Assembly: GCF_004010195.1 (NCBI RefSeq) | Contig: NC_057720.1 | Coordinates: 21,208,922-21,272,921, forward strand | Source: Chiloscyllium plagiosum | Lineage: Eukaryota | Direction: 5' to 3' | DNA: 64,000 nucleotides | Notes under the pieces: generated by a model | Told to the model about the DNA's origin: nothing | What the model saw: the letters and a program-made list of their open reading frames with translations, nothing else | Database searches by the model: none | Made by a program: the position numbers and the translations under genes | Shown here: piece by piece, positions 36,031 through 49,012 of the stretch | How positions within the stretch are numbered: the first letter of the stretch is position 1 | Layout: the number at the start of each line of letters is the position of its first letter

Positions 36031-39000
36031 TACCTCATTAACCTAACTGATGCATCTCAGAACAATGCCACACAATCAAAAGTCCTTTGGTCTCTGAGGT
36101 GTTTAATTGCAATTTCTGGACTGTCCTGACTCAATCTGATGTTAATAACAAGCCCACAAAGACTCTAACCAGCTAGTAACACATTATGCTGTTAGTGTCA
36201 AATCTGTCTACAATACCGTCAACAACAAGCAAACCTTCTGGTCAACAGCTAAGACTGCCTCAAATCCAATTAAACCACTTCGAAGCCTGTTATTCTCAGA
36301 AATAAAATCATCTTCAAATTGGACTGATTTCCTGACAATAAATATTCTCCTGCAACATCATCACCTGTTTTGAAGAAATTCTGCACCTCCTGCATTGGTT
36401 TTGGTCAACTTTCCTGAATCTGAGTTTCTACAGGAAAGAACCCTCACTTGACACTAACTTTCTAGGCTTTGGCAATTACATGAATGTATGTGTGTGTGTG
36501 TCATTCCCAAAATTGACAACAAAATGAACATTTGCTTTATAAAATCAGAGTCATTGATGTGTATTGTGCTACTTGGTTTAGGAAAATTGAATTGGACCCT
36601 CTGTTTCTCCGAGCTCAAGAAGATCAAATAACCCTGCCCGAGGGATCTTTCTTGTCCTTGCAGCCAATTGTCAAAGTGTACAATAGACTACTAGGGAAAC
36701 AGACTAACCTGCAGGAGATTTAAATTTCAAAAATCTGACCTTGGACAGGGCAGTGGAATCATCACTTACAGCTGAAGTTTCAGGTCTAGAAGATGGCGTG
36801 TGCAGAAGAAAGGTATGAGGTTAGCGTGGATTCACCTGCAAGTTGCAAGTAGGTAATTGATCATATAAAGGATTTGTTTAGAGGCTACAAAAGGGTTAGA
36901 GTTAGGGTTAGGGTCATTGTCTACGTGGCCTCCAGGTCCCTGGAGATATCATGGAATGGTGTAGCTGTCTGCATAGGTTGGGGGTAGCATTCTGGAATGG
37001 CTTAGAGATTCTCCTTGCCTGTTTGGCTCCAGCTATACCAAAGGCTGCCCTTTACTCTCTCCTGTAGCTGTTCCTTTTACTATGAGTAATGAATTCAAAA
37101 GAGAAAGAGTGCCTCCCTCCTGGGGTGTCCCGTCCGTCACTCACTGCTTCTTTTGTGCTGATGACCTTCTGATTGGCCCCCCACCTTTGAGAGCCCACCC
37201 AATGTAATTAGATGATGAGTCCATCCTCTTTTCATCACTGACCAATTTGAGGAAAATCAAGCTGAGAGCTTGTACTCCACACAATGGTGGGAGTTGGACG
37301 CAATGGGGGAGTGTTGTCTTGCTCCTCCTTAAAACAAGTTAGACCCTCTGACCAGAATGTCATGAATGAGTTTGCCCAGGTGTCCTACAATACCGAAGTG
37401 GTCAAATCGTTACAAACACCAGCCAGAACCAATGCAAAACAGGTTTAACATTATTAGGAAAGGAGTTACAATGACCTTTAATACTAAACATACCAACTCC
37501 AAACCTATTGGGACTCTTACTTCCTGAGTCTCCTGCTGCAGGAGCCCAGAAGTGCACGGTTAAATTTCTGTCCTTAGAGTTTCATTATCTAAGGGGCAAG
37601 TCCTGCAGCTCAATTAAACCAATACAAACAGCCAGCCATTATCCCATTAAACCTATTATTTTTCTAACCTCTTTGTACTTGAAATGGTCAAACCTTGATT
37701 GCTCTATGATGACATAATGAAATGTACTTTTCAACATGAAAATGACAGAATAATATCACTAATGCTCCAACTGCAACATACACCCTTCAGGTAAATTGAT
37801 TCAGAGCTTTCAAGTTCCCATTTTAACAATTTTAGAGGCTGGAATGACAGAAAACACAACTTGTCTGGTGCATACACATCACACATACAATTAATTGAAA
37901 TTCTTTGCAATTTTTAAACTGTAATAAACCTTGAATTAGACCCTCGTTGGTCTGCAGGGAAATTGCATTACGGCGCAAAGCTTCTTCAGATGGAAATGGT
38001 AATGTGTTGGGTCCTGGCAAATCAGGAGAATAGTGTCTAATTTAAATTAATTCAATTTACCCTATAATATTATAATCATTACTAGGAAAAGAGCAACATT
38101 TTAATCACAGTTTGGCAAATAACAGGTGGGAGTGGGGAAGTTTGTTCACAGTTCAAGCTGAGGAACCGAGAGATACACTAGCAGCAATGTCATTGATGCC
38201 AATCAAACATATAAAGTTACTAGAAACTGCTTGTTGCAAACAGTGGCTCTAACGTGAAGTCTGCTGAATTTACATTGGCGTTTTCCAATGTAAATGGGAA
38301 TATGGGGCTTGATGGGAAAATTAGCACACCAATGTGATCGAAACATAACTTAAACAGTAAGAGAACAGTGTAACCAGTGTATGATATAGATGCTAATATT
38401 GCACATATTGGTAGGAGGTTTGAATAATTTCCAATTGATTTTGATCTCCTGGTCCCTGCATCTCGAATCCTGTTATTTCCTCTCAGATTTTCTTCACTGG
38501 CACCCAACCTCCTTCAGGGGAAATCAGACGTTAAACAGAGCTACCAGTTTTCCTGTTGCTTCCTGTTACACAGTGACATACTGATGAGAGGTTTATCAAT
38601 CCATAAAGTCTATCAATGATATGTTTCCTTTTTCTGATACAGACCGTTTCATTTCATCAGGTGGAATTTGACGGTTGCCGTAGTGGGCCCTTCCACGATT
38701 AAATCCCAATTAAGTAGCCCTAGGCTGCCTTTGGTATTCCCAACCCTACTAGGGACAAATTTTCCACTGAACCTCTTTTTTTGAAGGATATGAAGGAGCA
38801 TATACCTGCCATTGACACACTTGCTGGTAGTGGTAATTCTCCAGCAGTGGCAGCACCTGTTGTTAATTCACTGGTGCCTAATGGAAGAATACAGTTGAAG
38901 TCTTGGGCCTGGGACTAGTATGAGTGTGGTGAGATCGTCGGGGCCAGTCATGGGTATGAGGGGGGTCTCATCACAAAAGACAGAAAAGTGGCTTCCTGTT

Positions 39001-40046
39001 GCTACTAGGGGTTCCTCCACTGGACTCGGGGTGCCCACAATGGTGACATCACTCCACCAGGCATTACCTGCTAGGTTGTATGCCCTGCCCACTGTCGGTA
39101 TTCGTCCAATGGTGGGATTGAGGTACTTAAGGGATCACTTAAGGGCATCAATAGGACTTCTTTGGGAAAAGGCCATCCTCAATTCTTCTTGCCTTGAATT
39201 TAATTGGAGAATGTTGGATGGGGGAGATGATTAGAAAGGTGGCAAAGTCTCCATCCTGCATTCTCCCATTATATGCCATGCCCTGTCTTTTCCCTAGTTG
39301 TTGCTTCACTTAACCTTCAATTCTATCCCTCATGTTTCCATCTCAGTGAGTTATTCCAGGATCTTGGAAGGGTATGGAATGTGGAAGAGGATTTTTCTGG
39401 TCACAATTGTGGGATTTGACTCTCAAACTAACTGCCCAGGAGATTTCTAATCTATTATGATTGCCAGCAGGCCATTATTTGGAAAGCATCTGGCAACAAG
39501 TATTTGGACATCAATACAGAGCAGTTATAATTATGAAGTAAGTGAAATGTTCACAGAGGTAAGATCAGGCTTGAAAGCTTCGAGAGTTCAGCTCACAATT
39601 AATAATATCAAAAATAGCTACAGGTGTATAATATATTTGTGATTTAAAGAAAAGGTGAATGTGTACAGAAGAGCAGAAAGATCAGTTAACAGAAGTCGTG
39701 GATTAGATTATCTGCTTATATTCTCCACTGTAGCTTTATAGAGTGACAGCCATGTCTTCATTCAGGCTATCACAGAAATCTTGGAACAAACTGGAACATC
39801 CCTTAGGAATAAATTTAATCTTCCATTTACAAATAGCATTGGAATGACAGGCCAGAAGGTTTTCATCTGGTTTATATCTGGTGACAACTAAAACGCTTGT
39901 TGCAAACAGTGACATAAACACACTCAAGCCATGTATAACAGACAAATCTAATCTCAGTTCAGCAATTAACTAAGTCAGGCAAACACAGTGCCATTCATAC
40001 CCATCAATAGAAATAGTTGTGGGTAGCACAGCCTCAGTAACTTGAA

Positions 40047-40265
40047 ACAAAAACTGAAATTGCCAGAAAAAGTCAGCAGGTCAGCACCTCAGCAGAGTTA
40101 ACGTTTCAGGTCCGGTGACCTTTCAGAAAGATCTGAAGAAGGACCACTGGACCCTAAATGTTCACTCTGAATTCCCTCCACTGCTGCTGCCACACCTGCT
40201 GAACTTTTCCAGCATGTTCTGTTTTTATTTCTGATTTTCAGCATCCACAGTTCTTTCGGTTTTTA
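40047..40265 (+). mobile_element. Older PLE-derived hairpin insertion (family of 7758)
   Basis: Inverted arms around back-to-back hammerhead motifs at 40096-40166; tail at right; flanks CTCAGTAACTTGAA (40033-40046) and CTCATAACTTGAA (40266-40278). Confidence 0.8.
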
Positions 40266-40769
40266 CTCATAACTTGAATGTCAACTACATCTTTCATCCC
40301 GTTCTGTGGACTGTATATATCTATGTTGCTGCATAAGTAGGTGTAACTTGTTCCCCTTGTAACAAATCTCTAAGCTAATGGTAAATAACTATCAGACAGG
40401 CACTGAATCACCCGTCTGTCTGATAACTATTAGTTAGGGTTTAATTGTTTTGCCAATTTTCCCGTCTGCCATGTTGTAAAATTACTGGTGCTTTCCAGCA
40501 ACATCTGCCCTTGTTAGAATGAATGATTTCACAGTTTTGAAGCAAAATGGAAGTGTAGAACCAAAGAATGAAACACAAATTTCAATTCATTTACTACTTT
40601 CCACCCAAAAGTGGCTTTTATAATTTTGTCCTCCCACACTTCTAATTGCATTAGTTCAGTGAAAGTTTAGGAACTTGCAGCCCCATCTCAATACAAAATC
40701 TTTATGAATAAACCATACTGTTACCTCTCAGACTTTGCAAGGTATAGAGATTGGGCAGTGAGCAGTTGA

Positions 40770-41120
40770 AACATAGGAGCATAGAAAATAGCTGCAGGAG
40801 TAGGCTATTCAGCCCTTCAAGCCTGCACCACCATTCAATATGATCACGGATGATCATGCAATCCCAGGATTCCGTTCCCACTTTCTCTCCCTATCCCTTG
40901 ATTCCTTTAGCCGCAAGGGCCACTTCCAGTTCCCTCTTGAATGTTTTTAATGAACTGGTCCCCACAATTTCCTTGGGAGAGAATTCCACAGGTTCACAAC
41001 CCTCTGTGTGAAGAAATTCTTCCTCATCTCAGTCCTGAATGGCTTACTCTTAATTCTTAGACTGTGACCCCTAGTTCTGAATTTCCCCGACATTGGAACA
41101 TTTTTCCCACACCCAGCCCG
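40770..41120 (-). mobile_element. CR1 LINE 3' end
   Basis: CATAGGAGCATAGAAAATAG tail; reverse reads GKPFRTEMRKNFFTQRVVNLWNSL. Confidence 0.88.
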
Positions 41121-41417
41121 ATTTAATCAGTCAGTAATGAGTTTCATAATACACATCTCTAAAATTTCCTTTGTCTATTAACACATTAGAAGTTAATGGT
41201 GGAAATAACCAATCAGTCGTCAATTATCAATGGCTCTATTGGTCTCAATACAAAGCAAACTTTATGCTAATAACAGAATCTTTTTTAACAGTAGTGAATA
41301 TATCTAAATACTTATCTTAAGGATAATTCCAACAGATTTCTGAACAATGAATTATTGCTTCTTGAAATATAACTTCTTAGATGTTATCGATCATTGACGG
41401 AAACACAAAAGAGTTTT

Positions 41418-41552
41418 GAAACTGAAAGAACTGCGGATGCTAGAAATCAGAATCGAAAACACAAAACTGTTGGAAAAGCTCAGCAGATCTGGCAGCATCT
41501 GTGGAGAGAAATCAGTATTAATGTTTTGGGTTCAGTGACCCTTCTTTAGAAC
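41418..41552 (-). mobile_element. Single PLE pLTR end (family of 7758) with decayed hammerhead
   Basis: Reverse complement GTTCTAAAGAAGGGTCACTGAACCCAAAACATTAATACT...CAGATGCTGCCAGATCTGCTGAG...tail. Confidence 0.75.
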
Positions 41553-41753
41553 AAAAGATTGAGACTATTTGGATACTACCTGTGTTACACCAGTAAAATG
41601 CTCAGATTTGTTTTTTTTCTTTTGAATGTCTGGATGACATTCACTAGCTTAGAATTGAGATACTTTTCCTTTTTAATCGGGTAAACATCATGCTGTTTTC
41701 TTCATCCCTGCAAAAGTACAAGTAATTGTTTTATTGCTTCCACTTCTCATTTA

Positions 41754-42233
41754 TAAAGTTAAAAATCACAGAACAACAGGTTTATTTGGTGATTGATGAT
41801 GTAGGAGAAGTGCTCTGAAAGCTAGTGCTTCCAAATAACCCTAGAATCCCTATAGTGTGGAAACAGGCCCATACCACCCTCGGAAGAGCAACCTACTCGG
41901 ACTCATTCCCCCTACCTTATATTTACTCCTGACTGATGCACCTAATTTACACATCCCTGAACACTATGGGCAATTTAGCATGGCCAATTCACCTAATCTG
42001 CACACCTTTGGATTGTGGGAGGAAACCAGAGCAAACCCATACAAACACGGGGAGAACGTGCAAACGTCACACAGATGGTCATGCAAGGCTGGAATTGAAC
42101 CCAGGCCCCTGACACTATGAGGCAGCAGTGCTGACCACTGAGCCACTATGCCTAATCTGTTGGGCTATAACCTAGTGTTGTCTGATTTTTAACTTTGTTC
42201 ACTCCAGTGCAACACTGGCACCTCCAAATCTTG
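41754..42233 (+). mobile_element. PLE-derived inverted-arm insertion of another family, split by HE1
   Basis: Left AAAGTTAAAAATCACAGAACAACAGGTT is the inverse of AACCTAGTGTTGTCTGATTTTTAACTTT; 37-bp tail; decayed hammerhead ...GGAGAAGTGCTCT GAAA GCTA GTG; perfect TSD ACTTCTCATTTA at 41742-41753 and 42234-42245. Confidence 0.82.
41843..42152 (-). mobile_element. HE1-type SINE
   Basis: Head, core and tail in reverse. Confidence 0.93.
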
Positions 42234-42569
42234 ACTTCTCATTTAAATTTTGTTAGCCTTTGTTCTTCACTCCATTGATATGACTTTAAATCTGATGTTA
42301 TCTATCTGTTGAGAATAGAAGGCTGATTGCAAATACTTATTATTACTTGCCTTTGTTGCATTTCACTCTCCCATCTTTCCACTAAATTAACTTTGTTTCA
42401 ATATTGCTGTTGTTCTATTTTGTTGCATAACCTTTTCTGAATGGTATATGACTTTGTGAAAATGTTGTTAGTGGGTGGTTGCCAATTGGCCATTTATATT
42501 TAACAAATCGATTCTTCGTCCCATAACTTTATTCAAGAAATTGGGACAGTTCCCCTAGGAGAGAAGAAA

Positions 42570-42878
42570 GGTGACAAGGTGGCTCAATGGTTAGCACTGC
42601 TGCTTCACAGGACCAGGGACCTGGGTTTGATTCCAACCTGGAGTGACTGTGTGGAGTTTTCACATTCTCCCTGTGTCTGTGTGCATTTCGTCCCATAATC
42701 CAAAGATATAACAGGCTAGGTGGATTGCCGTGCTAAATTGCCCACAGTTTCCAGCGATGTGTAGGCTAGGTAGATCATTCATGGGAATTACAGGGATAGG
42801 TGGGATGCTCTTTGGAGGGTCAGTGTGGACTTGATGGGCTGAATAGCCTGCTTCCATGCTGTAGAAATTTCATGATCC
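42570..42878 (+). mobile_element. HE1-type SINE
   Basis: TGGCTCAATGG A-box, GGTTTGATTCC B-box. Confidence 0.93.
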
Positions 42879-42889
42879 TAAAAATCTGT

Positions 42890-43186
42890 GACAGGTTTTC
42901 AAAATCTGTGAGTGGGCAGGATAGAGAAGAGAGGGAGAAACTGTGCTGCTCATAGAAGGACCAAGAACACCAGTGCATAGATTTAAAGTGATCTGCAGAT
43001 GAAGTGAGGAAAAGCTTTTTAATTCAGCAAGCAGTTAGAGTATGGAATGCACTAACTGGAAGTGTGGTGGAGGCAGGTTCTATTGAGGCTTTCATGAGGG
43101 CCTTGGGTGATTACTTAGCTCAAAACAATGCACAAGGAATTGGGGAGAAGCCAGAAGACTAGTACTATGTTAAAATGCTCAGACAA
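42890..43186 (+). mobile_element. CR1 3' end split by the L1 (resumes 48817-48890)
   Basis: VRVWNALTGSVVEAGSIEAF; after the L1 the tail continues AATGGGCTGAATGCCTCCCTTCTATGCTGTAA. Confidence 0.8.
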
Positions 43187-46100
43187 GATCCAAGATGGCG
43201 GCAGTCTGAGAGGTTTGCTGTGCTGGGCTCTGTGCCATACCCTGGGCAAGGTGGACCTTCCACTGCATATCCCCAGCAACCCCCTCCCTGAGAAAAGAGT
43301 GAGACAGTGCTGGAGCCGATATCTGCCATGCTGAAGAAACATGAGCAGGAGATCCAAATACCAGACCGACGAGTGGAAGCGGTCAAGCAGAGGACTGCAG
43401 CATCAGAGACCATGGCAGACGTCTCAGGAGGACACAAACAGTGGACCAGGTTCAGGTCCTTCAAGAACAAGTGGATGACCTGGAAATTAAAAGTAGAAGA
43501 AAAACTTATGGCTTGTGCATCTCCCGGAGCATGAGGAAGGTGAGGACCTCGTTGGATTCTTGGAGAAGTGGCTCCTGAAGTTCCTGGGGCTGGAGGTGGA
43601 GTCGGGCCTGGTGCGTGTGGAGTGGGCCCACCAGATCGCAATGCGCAGGTCCAGGCAGGGCCCGTGCCCCCACCCGGTCCCAGTGCGACTCCAGCACTAT
43701 AAAGAAAAATAGTTAATGACTGAAACAGCAAGAAGACTGGGAAGAGATCCACAGGCCTTAACATACAAAGGCTCAAGATTAATGTCCTTTCAAGACTTCT
43801 CTAGAGCCATAATTAAGAAAAAAAGGCATTTGATGAAGTCAAAAGGAAATTAAGGGACCTAAACATTCAATATTCCTTGAGGTGTTGTGTTTCACTTACG
43901 GAGGGATGGTCTATAATTTTGATTCAGCAGAAAAGGCAAAGGACTTTGTGAACTTTTTGAAATAAAGGACTCGGGTCGGGCATGGGGAGGATGGAAAGAA
44001 AGGGGCACCGTTATGGACCATGATACAGTTTTTCTTTACTTTCTCTGCCCCTTTTGTTTTCTCTCTCCCTTTTTGTGGTTATTGGTTTTATAGATTCTGT
44101 ACTGCCTTGGTGTAAAATCTAATTTATTTAACAATTTGATCTGTTGGTTATTATCTGGGCTTTGGTTTTGGAATGGGGGTGGCTATATCTGTGGCTAAGA
44201 TGTATGGAGACAAGGTGTGGATTGGGGAGGGTGGGCATACATTGTTAACTCTCAGGAATATAAATAACATGTTCTCTTTGTCTGTGAATTGCCTGGGACT
44301 GGAGTACAGCCTCAACTGGAAGGAGCCTGGATACTACCAGGGATTGGGCATGGGGGAAGATCTCTAGTGAATTGGGGTTTATTTGGGTGTTTGTTTAAGC
44401 CAAATGTAACGATAGTTTTTTTAGTTATAGTAGTTTTCATAAGAATAGTTTTTAGATTTTATAGAGTTAATGTTTTTTCGCTTGCTACACCTCAGATAAG
44501 CTTCCTCCTCTTGGGACACTATGGGCTGCCCTGGACGACCATCGCTAGTGATTAGTTCAGGTGGTGCACCTGGAATGTAAAAGGGAGCCATTCCCCCATT
44601 AAAAGAAAGAAGGTGCTGTCAGGCCTTAGGAAGGAAAGGGTTGACATTGCCTTGCTGCAGGAGACGCATTTAACTAATGAGGAATATCTGAAGCTGCAGC
44701 AGGGGGCTTATGATAGGGTTTTCTTCTCCTCCTTTAGCTGCAAGAGTAGAGAAATAGCTATACTGGTAAGAAGGAACCTCTCATTCCTAGTAACTGAGCA
44801 AATTGAGGACAAACATGGACGGTTCTTCATTCTTAATTCAGGGGGAAGAGTATGGCGTCCTGAATGTTTATTGTCCCCCAGCGCCATACGATTATAGGAA
44901 GGGATTTTAATAGCCTATAATGGATCCTGGGGTAGACAGGATGCCAAGGGACCCGGTGGGCACACCCATGCAATCTAGACAGTTGGTGAACATGTGTGAG
45001 GAGTTGGGATGAGTGGATGTGTGGAGGCATCTCCACCCTAATGGAAGAGACTTTACTTTCTATTCCAACCCACACAAGTGCCACACGCATGAATTGACAT
45101 GTTCCTTATGCTGTTGGTTTGTTTGGACAGAATATTAGCTTGTAAAATTGGGAATATAGCTGTCTCGGACCATCTGCCAGTGTATTTAGATGTTAAAATC
45201 AAGGGTGGGTGGAATTGATGCACGGCATTTCTGTTAAGGGATACCAAATTTGTTGAGTACGTTACAAGAGAGTTCAGGGCCTTCTGGGATATCAGCTCGG
45301 GTAATCCGGCAATACTTTGGGAGGTCACTAAGGTATATTTACGAGGCCTGATCATTTCATATTTAACAGGTAGGAAGGGGGAGCAGCAACGGATGATGGA
45401 GACCTGGCTGAAGGTAGCTGAGGAAGCATATTATAACAGACCATTATTGGTCAAGCTGCAGCAGGTCACGGGCTCTCCGGGCTGCTCTTGACTCATTGCA
45501 CACACAGGTGGCAAAACAAATGTCTTCTTTGCTAAACAAAGGTTGTTTGAATTTGGAGATAAGCCAGGTAGATATCTGGCATATCTGGCTAGAAAGAAAA
45601 ATGCTTCCCAATCCATTATAATTATCATGGAGGAGGCTGGCACAGTTACCTGAGAGTTGAAGAAGATCACTGCTAGATTTTGGGAATACTTTGCAGAGTT
45701 ATACCAGTCGGAGGGAGACGTACATGGTGCAATGAGAATGCAGTCCTTTTCTGAGAACCTGGAACTCCCCAGTATAAATGCGGAACAGGTTTCTCTGTTA
45801 AATGCGCCTATGATGGTACAGGAGGTGCAGGAAGCAGTAAAGCATCTCTAGGATGGCAAAACACTGGGACCAATGGATTCCCAAGTAAATTCTATGAGAA
45901 GTTCATAAATGTGCTGGTGGAGCCACTTCGGGGATGTAAAGTCATTCATATACATAGAATTGTCTTCCACCCTCTCTTAGGGAGGCTGATATCTCCTTAA
46001 TTTTAAAGAAGGGGAAAGACCCTGAAAAATGTGCCTCATACAGATCAGTTTAAAATTCTGTCAAACGTGCTCGCCCTGTGGTTGGGAAAGCTATTGCCCA

Positions 46101-48816
46101 ATATTATAAAAGAAGATCAGTTAGGTTTTATTAAAGGTTGTAGCTTCCCCAACAATATCAGGATGGTATTGAACATAGTGCAGGAGAAAGTGAGGTCTGC
46201 AGATGCTGGAGATCAAAGTTGAAACTTTATTGCTGGAACAGCACAGCAGGTCAGGCAGCATCCAGGGAACAGGAGATTCGACGTTTCGGGCACAGGCCTG
46301 AAGAAGGGCCTGTGCCCGAAACGTCGAATCTCCTGTTCCCTGGATGCTGCCTGACCTGCTGTGCTGTTCCAGCAATAAAGTTTCAACATTGAACATAGTG
46401 CAAGAATGCCAGCAAAGATTGATCCCAGGTTTGGTGGTCTCCCTAGACGTGGAAAAGGCATTTGACTGGGTAGAATGGCTGTATCTTTTTGGGGTCCTTG
46501 AGTGCTTTGGTCTGGGGAGAGCCTTTGCTAGATGGGCGGTTGTGTTGTATAATGATCCTAAGGCAGCAGTCATCACAAACTGCACTAAGTCAGATAACTT
46601 TAATATTGGGAGAGGTAGCTGCCAGGGATGTCCTCTCTCACCGCTGTTATTTACCTTGGTAATTGAGCCGTTGGCTGAGGCTATCAGGAGGGATCCTGAA
46701 ATAGTGGCAGCAAGGATGGGAATGGGGGAGCATAAGATCGCTCTGTACACTGACAATGTCCTTTTGGTTCTTGGCCAATCCAGAGAAATCTGTATCGATT
46801 GATAGAAAAAATTAATTTAATGGCAGTTTTTCAAGTGACAGGATCAACTTTACAAAATCAGAAGTCATGCCACTGGGGGGATTAGTGGAGGTGCCTGATC
46901 TGAACGATGGACTGCAGGTTCCCATTTAGATGGTTGTCAAAAGGTTTTTTATATTTGGGAATTTTTAGCACCCTGCCTTCCACTAGCTATGTAAAGCTAA
47001 CTCTGCACAATTACTGGAGTGGTTAAAACAGGATTTGCAGCGGTGGGAGGGATGACTGCTATCATGGTTAGGCTGAATAGCCCTAATTAAAATGAATGTT
47101 CTTCCTCGCCTGTTGTACCCCATGAGAATGCTCCCATTGTTGCTACTCAGGCGGGTGTTACGGAGGCTCAGTGGTTGGCTCGGGTCTTTTATTTGGTGTC
47201 GCAGGCATCCTCTACTTAAAATTAACTAAATTGCAGCTCTTGCAGGGTGAAGGAGGTGGGGGGAAGCGGGGGGGGTGGGGGTTGGGGGGGGGGTGGATCT
47301 TCAGACTTGAAGAGGTATCAAATAAGTGCCTTGTTAGCATATATGGGTGACTGGGTATGGGGGGATTCAGAGTTGATTTGGATTGATGTTGAAGCCTCAC
47401 AGTCGAGATGTCCCCTAGTTAATCTATTACTCATGGATAAGATGAAATCCGTGACTGAGCAATGTAAGAGCCCAGTCATATTAAATACGGTGAAAGCTTG
47501 GATGATGATGAGGCAAGTCGAGAGCAATTGGCTTAAGACCTCGCCGTTTACTCCATTCGCGGGAGCCCCAGGATTTAAACCTGGGGCAATGGACTCTGGC
47601 TTTAAGGTATGGGAGCATTAGGGAATCTCTTGTTGGGGAGATTTATTTGAGGGGGAGGTCTTGATGTCATTTAGCCAACTAAATCAGAAATATGGATTGT
47701 CTAATAGAGACCTTTTCTGGTACTTTCAGATCAGGGATTATATACAGAGGAGGACCACGCTCCTGGCTCAGCCTTACAAGTCAGACGTGGGGAAAAGAAC
47801 GCTCCAGTGCATGGGTGCTCTTTCGGTTAGTACTCTGTATCATTTACAGAAAGGATGTGCCTTACGACATGTGGAGAGACTTGGTGGGATTTGGAATCGG
47901 GAACTAGGAGAGTGTATTTCATTGAAAACATAGGAAATTATATGGGAAAAGCAAAGAAAGTCTCAATATGTAACTCCATGTAATTGAAGATTTTACACAG
48001 GGCTCATATGGCGCCAGAGAGGTTAGCTAAGTTCAAGACAGGAGCATCTCCAGCACGTGCCAAATGTAAAATTAGTATCGGCACTCTTACTGACTGCTTT
48101 TGGTCATGTTACAAGACCGGGAGATACTGGAATGGCCTAGTAAGGGAGCCAAAGGAAATCCGGGGAATTGAAGTCAAAGTGGATCAGATATTTCTTCTTC
48201 TGGGATTGCCAAACTTGATCTGTCGGGGGGAACACGGGAAGAGACTGTAACATTCTTATCCACTGTGCAAAGAAAAACACCCAGGTCTTATGGGATGGTG
48301 CAGGCTGGTGATGGAGCATCTCTCCCAAAACTAACTTACAAATATGCTGCACCACAAAACGGAGCAGTTTTATAAGACATGGCGGCCCTTTCTAAATTAT
48401 ATAAACGCAGACTCGTCGGCAATATTAACCAGGGCTGTGGTATAGCTGTGGGAGTTGGATTGGGTGGCCTGTGGGACCCTGGTCGGGGGAAGCTGGGAAA
48501 ATGCGGGTACGATGTTTGGTGCCCCTAGCGGTGGGAGCTTCAGTGGAGTGTGGTGAGTGAAATAGAATAAAGTAATGTGATGCAATTTAATTTAATTTGA
48601 ACTTAACTTAAATTAACTTTTATTTAATTTGATTGTAGTTTAGTTTCAGTTAAGTAGATACTTTTGTTCTGGTAGAATAGTAGGTAGTTCATTATTGATA
48701 ATATTGTGATACAACACTCTTGTACTCCCTCTATCTTTTTGTATTCTGGTTTTTTAAATATATATAGTTGCTTTTGTAAAAGATTTGAAGAAGTTTTTAA
48801 TAAAAATATTTATTAA
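43187..48816 (+). mobile_element. L1-clade LINE with both termini, decayed ORF1 (about 43290-43965) and ORF2 (about 44541-48444)
   Basis: TSD AAAATGCTCAGACAA at 43172-43186 and 48817-48831; EN WNVKG...DIALLQETHL, SDH; RT SLDVEKAFDWVEW, GSCQGCPLSPLLF, LYTDNVLL; C-terminal C-knuckle remnant KC...GTLTDCFWSC; AATAAA at 48799. Confidence 0.97.
46183..46387 (-). mobile_element. 205-bp PLE-derived perfect hairpin insertion inside L1 ORF2
   Basis: 35-bp tail (46183-46217), perfect 81-bp arms 46218-46298 and 46307-46387; TSD ATTGAACATAGTGCA at 46168-46182 and 46388-46402. Confidence 0.95.
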
Positions 48817-49012
48817 AAAATGCTCAGACAACCAGTACAGACACAATGGGCTGAATGCCTCCCTTCTATGCTGTAACCCTCTATGGATCTGTGAACAGTG
48901 TTGGGCTAGGAGCTACAAAGATCTCCTTTTGATATTTACCCTTCTTTTTCCAATATCAACAAACTACTGAACACACATTAATGGATAAGAAATATATATG
49001 GAATACATACAT

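Noticed and set aside
36891..36914. Telomere-like AGGGTTAGAGTTAGGGTTAGGGT
   Set aside because: Only about three imperfect units; too short to call an interstitial telomere.
46183..46387. Reading the hairpin as a pre-miRNA or DNA-transposon MITE
   Set aside because: The asymmetric tail, long variable TSDs and linkage of the same arms to a PLE ORF (1727-2425) favour a Penelope origin; small-RNA production is not excluded but is unsupported.
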